Part shown: positions 30,343 to 32,723 of the stretch, in pieces
Layout: every line of letters starts with the position of its first letter
How positions within the stretch are numbered: position 1 is the first letter of the stretch
Source of the DNA: an uncultured virus (IMG/VR IMGVR_UViG_2061766007_002127)
Taxonomy: Duplodnaviria > Heunggongvirae > Uroviricota > Caudoviricetes
IMG/VR virus record: IMGVR_UViG_2061766007_002127
Reading direction: 5' to 3' (one strand)
DNA: 32,723 nt
Made by a program: the position numbers and the translations under genes
The notes under the pieces: model-generated
Told to the model about the DNA's origin: nothing
What the model saw: only the letters and a program-made list of their open reading frames with translations
The model's database searches: none

Positions 30343-30361
30343 CATGCCATATTCTGGTCAT

Positions 30362-30892
30362 ATGGAGACAATATCGGAAATATCGTATGGAGACGCAGTG
30401 GACTTCCTTCTTCCAAGGCACTACTCTGGTCGCAAGCCGTGCGTGAGCAGGGCGTTCGGATGGGTCGTCGACGGGGAGCTGAAGGCTGTCATAACCTACG
30501 GGAAGCCCGTGAACAGGTGCCTCTGCACGGGAATCTGCGGCGAGGAGTACGCATCGCACGTCTACGAGCTGAACAGGATGTGCCGTATCGACGACTTCCA
30601 CAAGCCGTTGTCGCATTTCGTGTCGAGGACGCTGAGCCTGCTGAAGCCGTTGGACTGGATTNNNNNNNNNNNNNNNNNNNNNNCCACCACGGATACGTGT
30701 ACCAGGCGTGCAATTTCATGTACACGGGCGTGTCATGCACGTCGTTCAAGGACAAGTATAATAGCGGCGCGAACACCCACAACAGGCACAACGGCTCGTT
30801 CTCGGTGGAGACGGACGACTGCTACGTGGAGCGTTCCCCGAAGCACAGGTACGTGTACTTCTGCACTGGGTCGAAGTCCATGAGGAAGAGGT
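30362..30892 (+). CDS. mom: Mom-like (GNAT-fold) adenine modification enzyme (end in gap)
   Basis: RHYSGR, ITYGKP, YELNRM, HHGYVYQACNFMYTG and PKHRYVYF match the Mu Mom family motif order. Confidence 0.8.
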
Positions 30893-30964
30893 NNNNNNNN
30901 NNNNNNNNNNNNNNNNNNNNNNNNNNNNNNNNNNNNNNNNNNNNNNNNNNNNNNNNNNNNNNNN

Positions 30965-32198
30965 GGGCAACGTCCATCCAGATGAGATAAAGGTCGAGGT
31001 GCCGCAGGAGAAGAAGGAGTCTGCATACGGCGACATCAAGGCTGTTCCAGTCATCGAGGCAGTCGACGGCATACGCTACGACTTCAACTCTGGTCTGAGG
31101 GTGTACTTCCCCCAGAACGACAAAAAGTACCATCTGAAGTTCTCGGACGCAGACTCTGGTCTCGTCATGTACGACGCAGACGCCAACCCTGGCACGGTCG
31201 TTACATCTGTGAAGAAGTACTACATACGCTACCGTTTCGAGGTCACGTTGCAGGGGACTGGCGAAAAGGTGTTCGAGCACACGATGGACATGAGGGGCAG
31301 GGATGTCGTCGTGCAGTTCCCAGTGAACACGATAGGCGACTCTGTCGGCTGGTTCAGCTACGTCGAGCGCTTCCAGCAGAAGTTCGGATGCCACGTGAAG
31401 CTCGTCATATCGGACTTCCTGAAGAACCTCGTCGAGAAGCAGTACCCACAGTTCGAGTACATCAGGAAGGAGGACACGCCCGACTGCAACTCGTATGCGA
31501 TGTTCTACCTCGGTCTGTTCTTCAAGGGCGACACCAACTTCCAGCCGATTGACTTCAGGCTGGTCGGTCTGCACAGGACGGCTGGGTACATCCTCGGTCT
31601 GCGCACGAAGGAGGAGCTGGAGGACATTCCTCCACGTTTCGACCTGTCTGCTCCACGCCAGATTAAGGAGAAGTACGTCGTGATTTCGTGCAAGGCTTCT
31701 GCCCAGTGCAAGTTCTGGAACAACCCGTTCGGATGGGACACGGTCATCCGTTTCCTGAAGGACAACGGGTACAAGGTCGTCTGCATCGACAAGAACAGGG
31801 TGTACGGGGCTGGGACGACGTACAACCAGTTGCCATGGGGCGTCGAGGACTACACTGGCGACATCCCGTTGCAGGAGCGAATCAACGTCATCAAGGACGC
31901 AGACTTCTTCATCGGGCTTTCGTCTGGTCTGACGTGGCTTGCATGGGGATGCAAGGTGCCAGTCATCCTGATTTCTGGCTTCTCGCTTCCGAACACGGAG
32001 TTCTACACGCCGTGGAGAATCATCAACTACCAGGCGTGCATCGGGTGCTGGGACGACGTCAGGGAGGATTTCGACCATAAGGACTACTTCTGGTGCCCAA
32101 GGNNNNNNNNNNNNNNNNNGTGCTCAAGGCTGATTCCACCAGAGCAGGTGCTCAACGCGATAAAGTCCGTCCCGACGTTCAGACCGAAGGAAGGCTGA
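30965..32198 (+). CDS. Autotransporter-type protein O-heptosyltransferase (Aah/TibC, BAHT family); start probably in gap
   Basis: GIRYDFN, KKYYIRYR, FPVNTIGDSVGWF, QPIDFRLVGLHRTAGYILG, KFWNNPFGW, PLQER, FFIGLSSGLTWLAW, ISGFS..TEF.TPWR and the C..CWDD...WCPR...CSR iron-finger cysteines. Confidence 0.9.
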
Positions 32199-32220
32199 GC
32201 TATTCAATTTGACTGCATTG

Positions 32221-32249
32221 ATGCCAGACCGTCTTGGTCTGGCATTTTT
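32221..32249 (+). terminator. Intrinsic terminator
   Basis: ATGCCAGACC-GTCTT-GGTCTGGCAT followed by TTTT. Confidence 0.8.
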
Positions 32250-32320
32250 CGTTTATTCCAGGCAGTAGAATATATCGTGCATTCCCGTTTATCAACAAGA
32301 ATAACAAGGAGCATCAGAGC

Positions 32321-32723
32321 ATGTCATTCAAGCATTTCAAGCACAGGCTTGCGTCTGCAGACACGGACGTGAGCCTCTACACGGTGCCTTCGGGCAGGGA
32401 ATTCGTCCTCATGAAGATGAGGGTCAGGAACGTGGACGGCGCGTCGTCGACGAACACGATGACGTTCAAGACCGTCGAGGGTGGTCAGACGAACACAATA
32501 GGCGAGATAAGCATCCAGTCGGACGAGATTTCCAAGCAGGGGGCTTCAATCAAGAGGCTGATGGATGCTGGCTCCGTCATCATGGCTAGGGCGAGCATCN
32601 NNNNNNNNNATGGGAGTCGAGTTCAACGCTGGCGTATGGAGCACGATACACGAGTGGGGAGGCTCATCGTCGTCATCGGAGCAATCCAGCTCATCCTCCT
32701 CCGAGCAATCCAGCAGCAGTTAC
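32321..32723 (+). CDS. Putative virion protein with Ser-rich repeats (runs off the right edge)
   Basis: Translated by hand. AAGGAG RBS, then MSFKHFKHRLASADTDVSLYTVPSGREF...; after the gap ...HEWGGSSSSSEQSSSSSSEQSSSY. Confidence 0.75.
   Translation, partial: MSFKHFKHRLASADTDVSLYTVPSGREFVLMKMRVRNVDGASSTNTMTFKTVEGGQTNTIGEISIQSDEISKQGASIKRLMDAGSVIMARASIXXXXGSRVQRWRMEHDTRVGRLIVVIGAIQLILLRAIQQQL

Noticed and set aside
30822..32078. 418-aa - strand ORF and similar antisense ORFs across the window
   Set aside because: Shadow frames opposite clearly recognisable + strand genes.
1..32723. CRISPR array, tRNA genes or stop-codon reassignment
   Set aside because: No regularly spaced repeats or cloverleaf structures were seen. 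Genes end normally at TAA, TAG and TGA with tight packing.

Overview
This is a gappy (N-scaffolded) segment of a large dsDNA bacteriophage genome, probably a jumbo phage, using the standard genetic code. It is mostly + strand early/middle genes driven by a recurrent TTGA(A/C)W-N16-YATATT promoter. Recognisable genes are an HD phosphohydrolase, a Dda/RecD2-like helicase, an HNH nuclease, a SplB-like radical SAM protein, a dNMP kinase, an SNF2 helicase carrying a class-3 LAGLIDADG intein, a free-standing Hef-like endonuclease, a transglutaminase-like protein, a 2H phosphoesterase, a Mom-like DNA modification enzyme and a TibC/Aah-type protein O-heptosyltransferase. Two expanded paralog families are present: MKxRxGYVSNSSSxSF (4 copies) and CxxC...CPY/FxxE (about 8 copies). 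The three most notable unexplained signals are: (1) a duplicated, promoter-driven ~105-nt three-hairpin element with complementary kissing loops and compensatory changes, flanking a three-gene cassette; (2) a shared N-terminal RIARxLVRIARxLVA leader on five otherwise unrelated proteins; (3) the heptosyltransferase lying directly upstream of a Ser-repeat virion-like protein. Several near-duplicates next to 10-N gaps are probably assembly bubbles. All calls come from reading motifs by eye; no searches were run.
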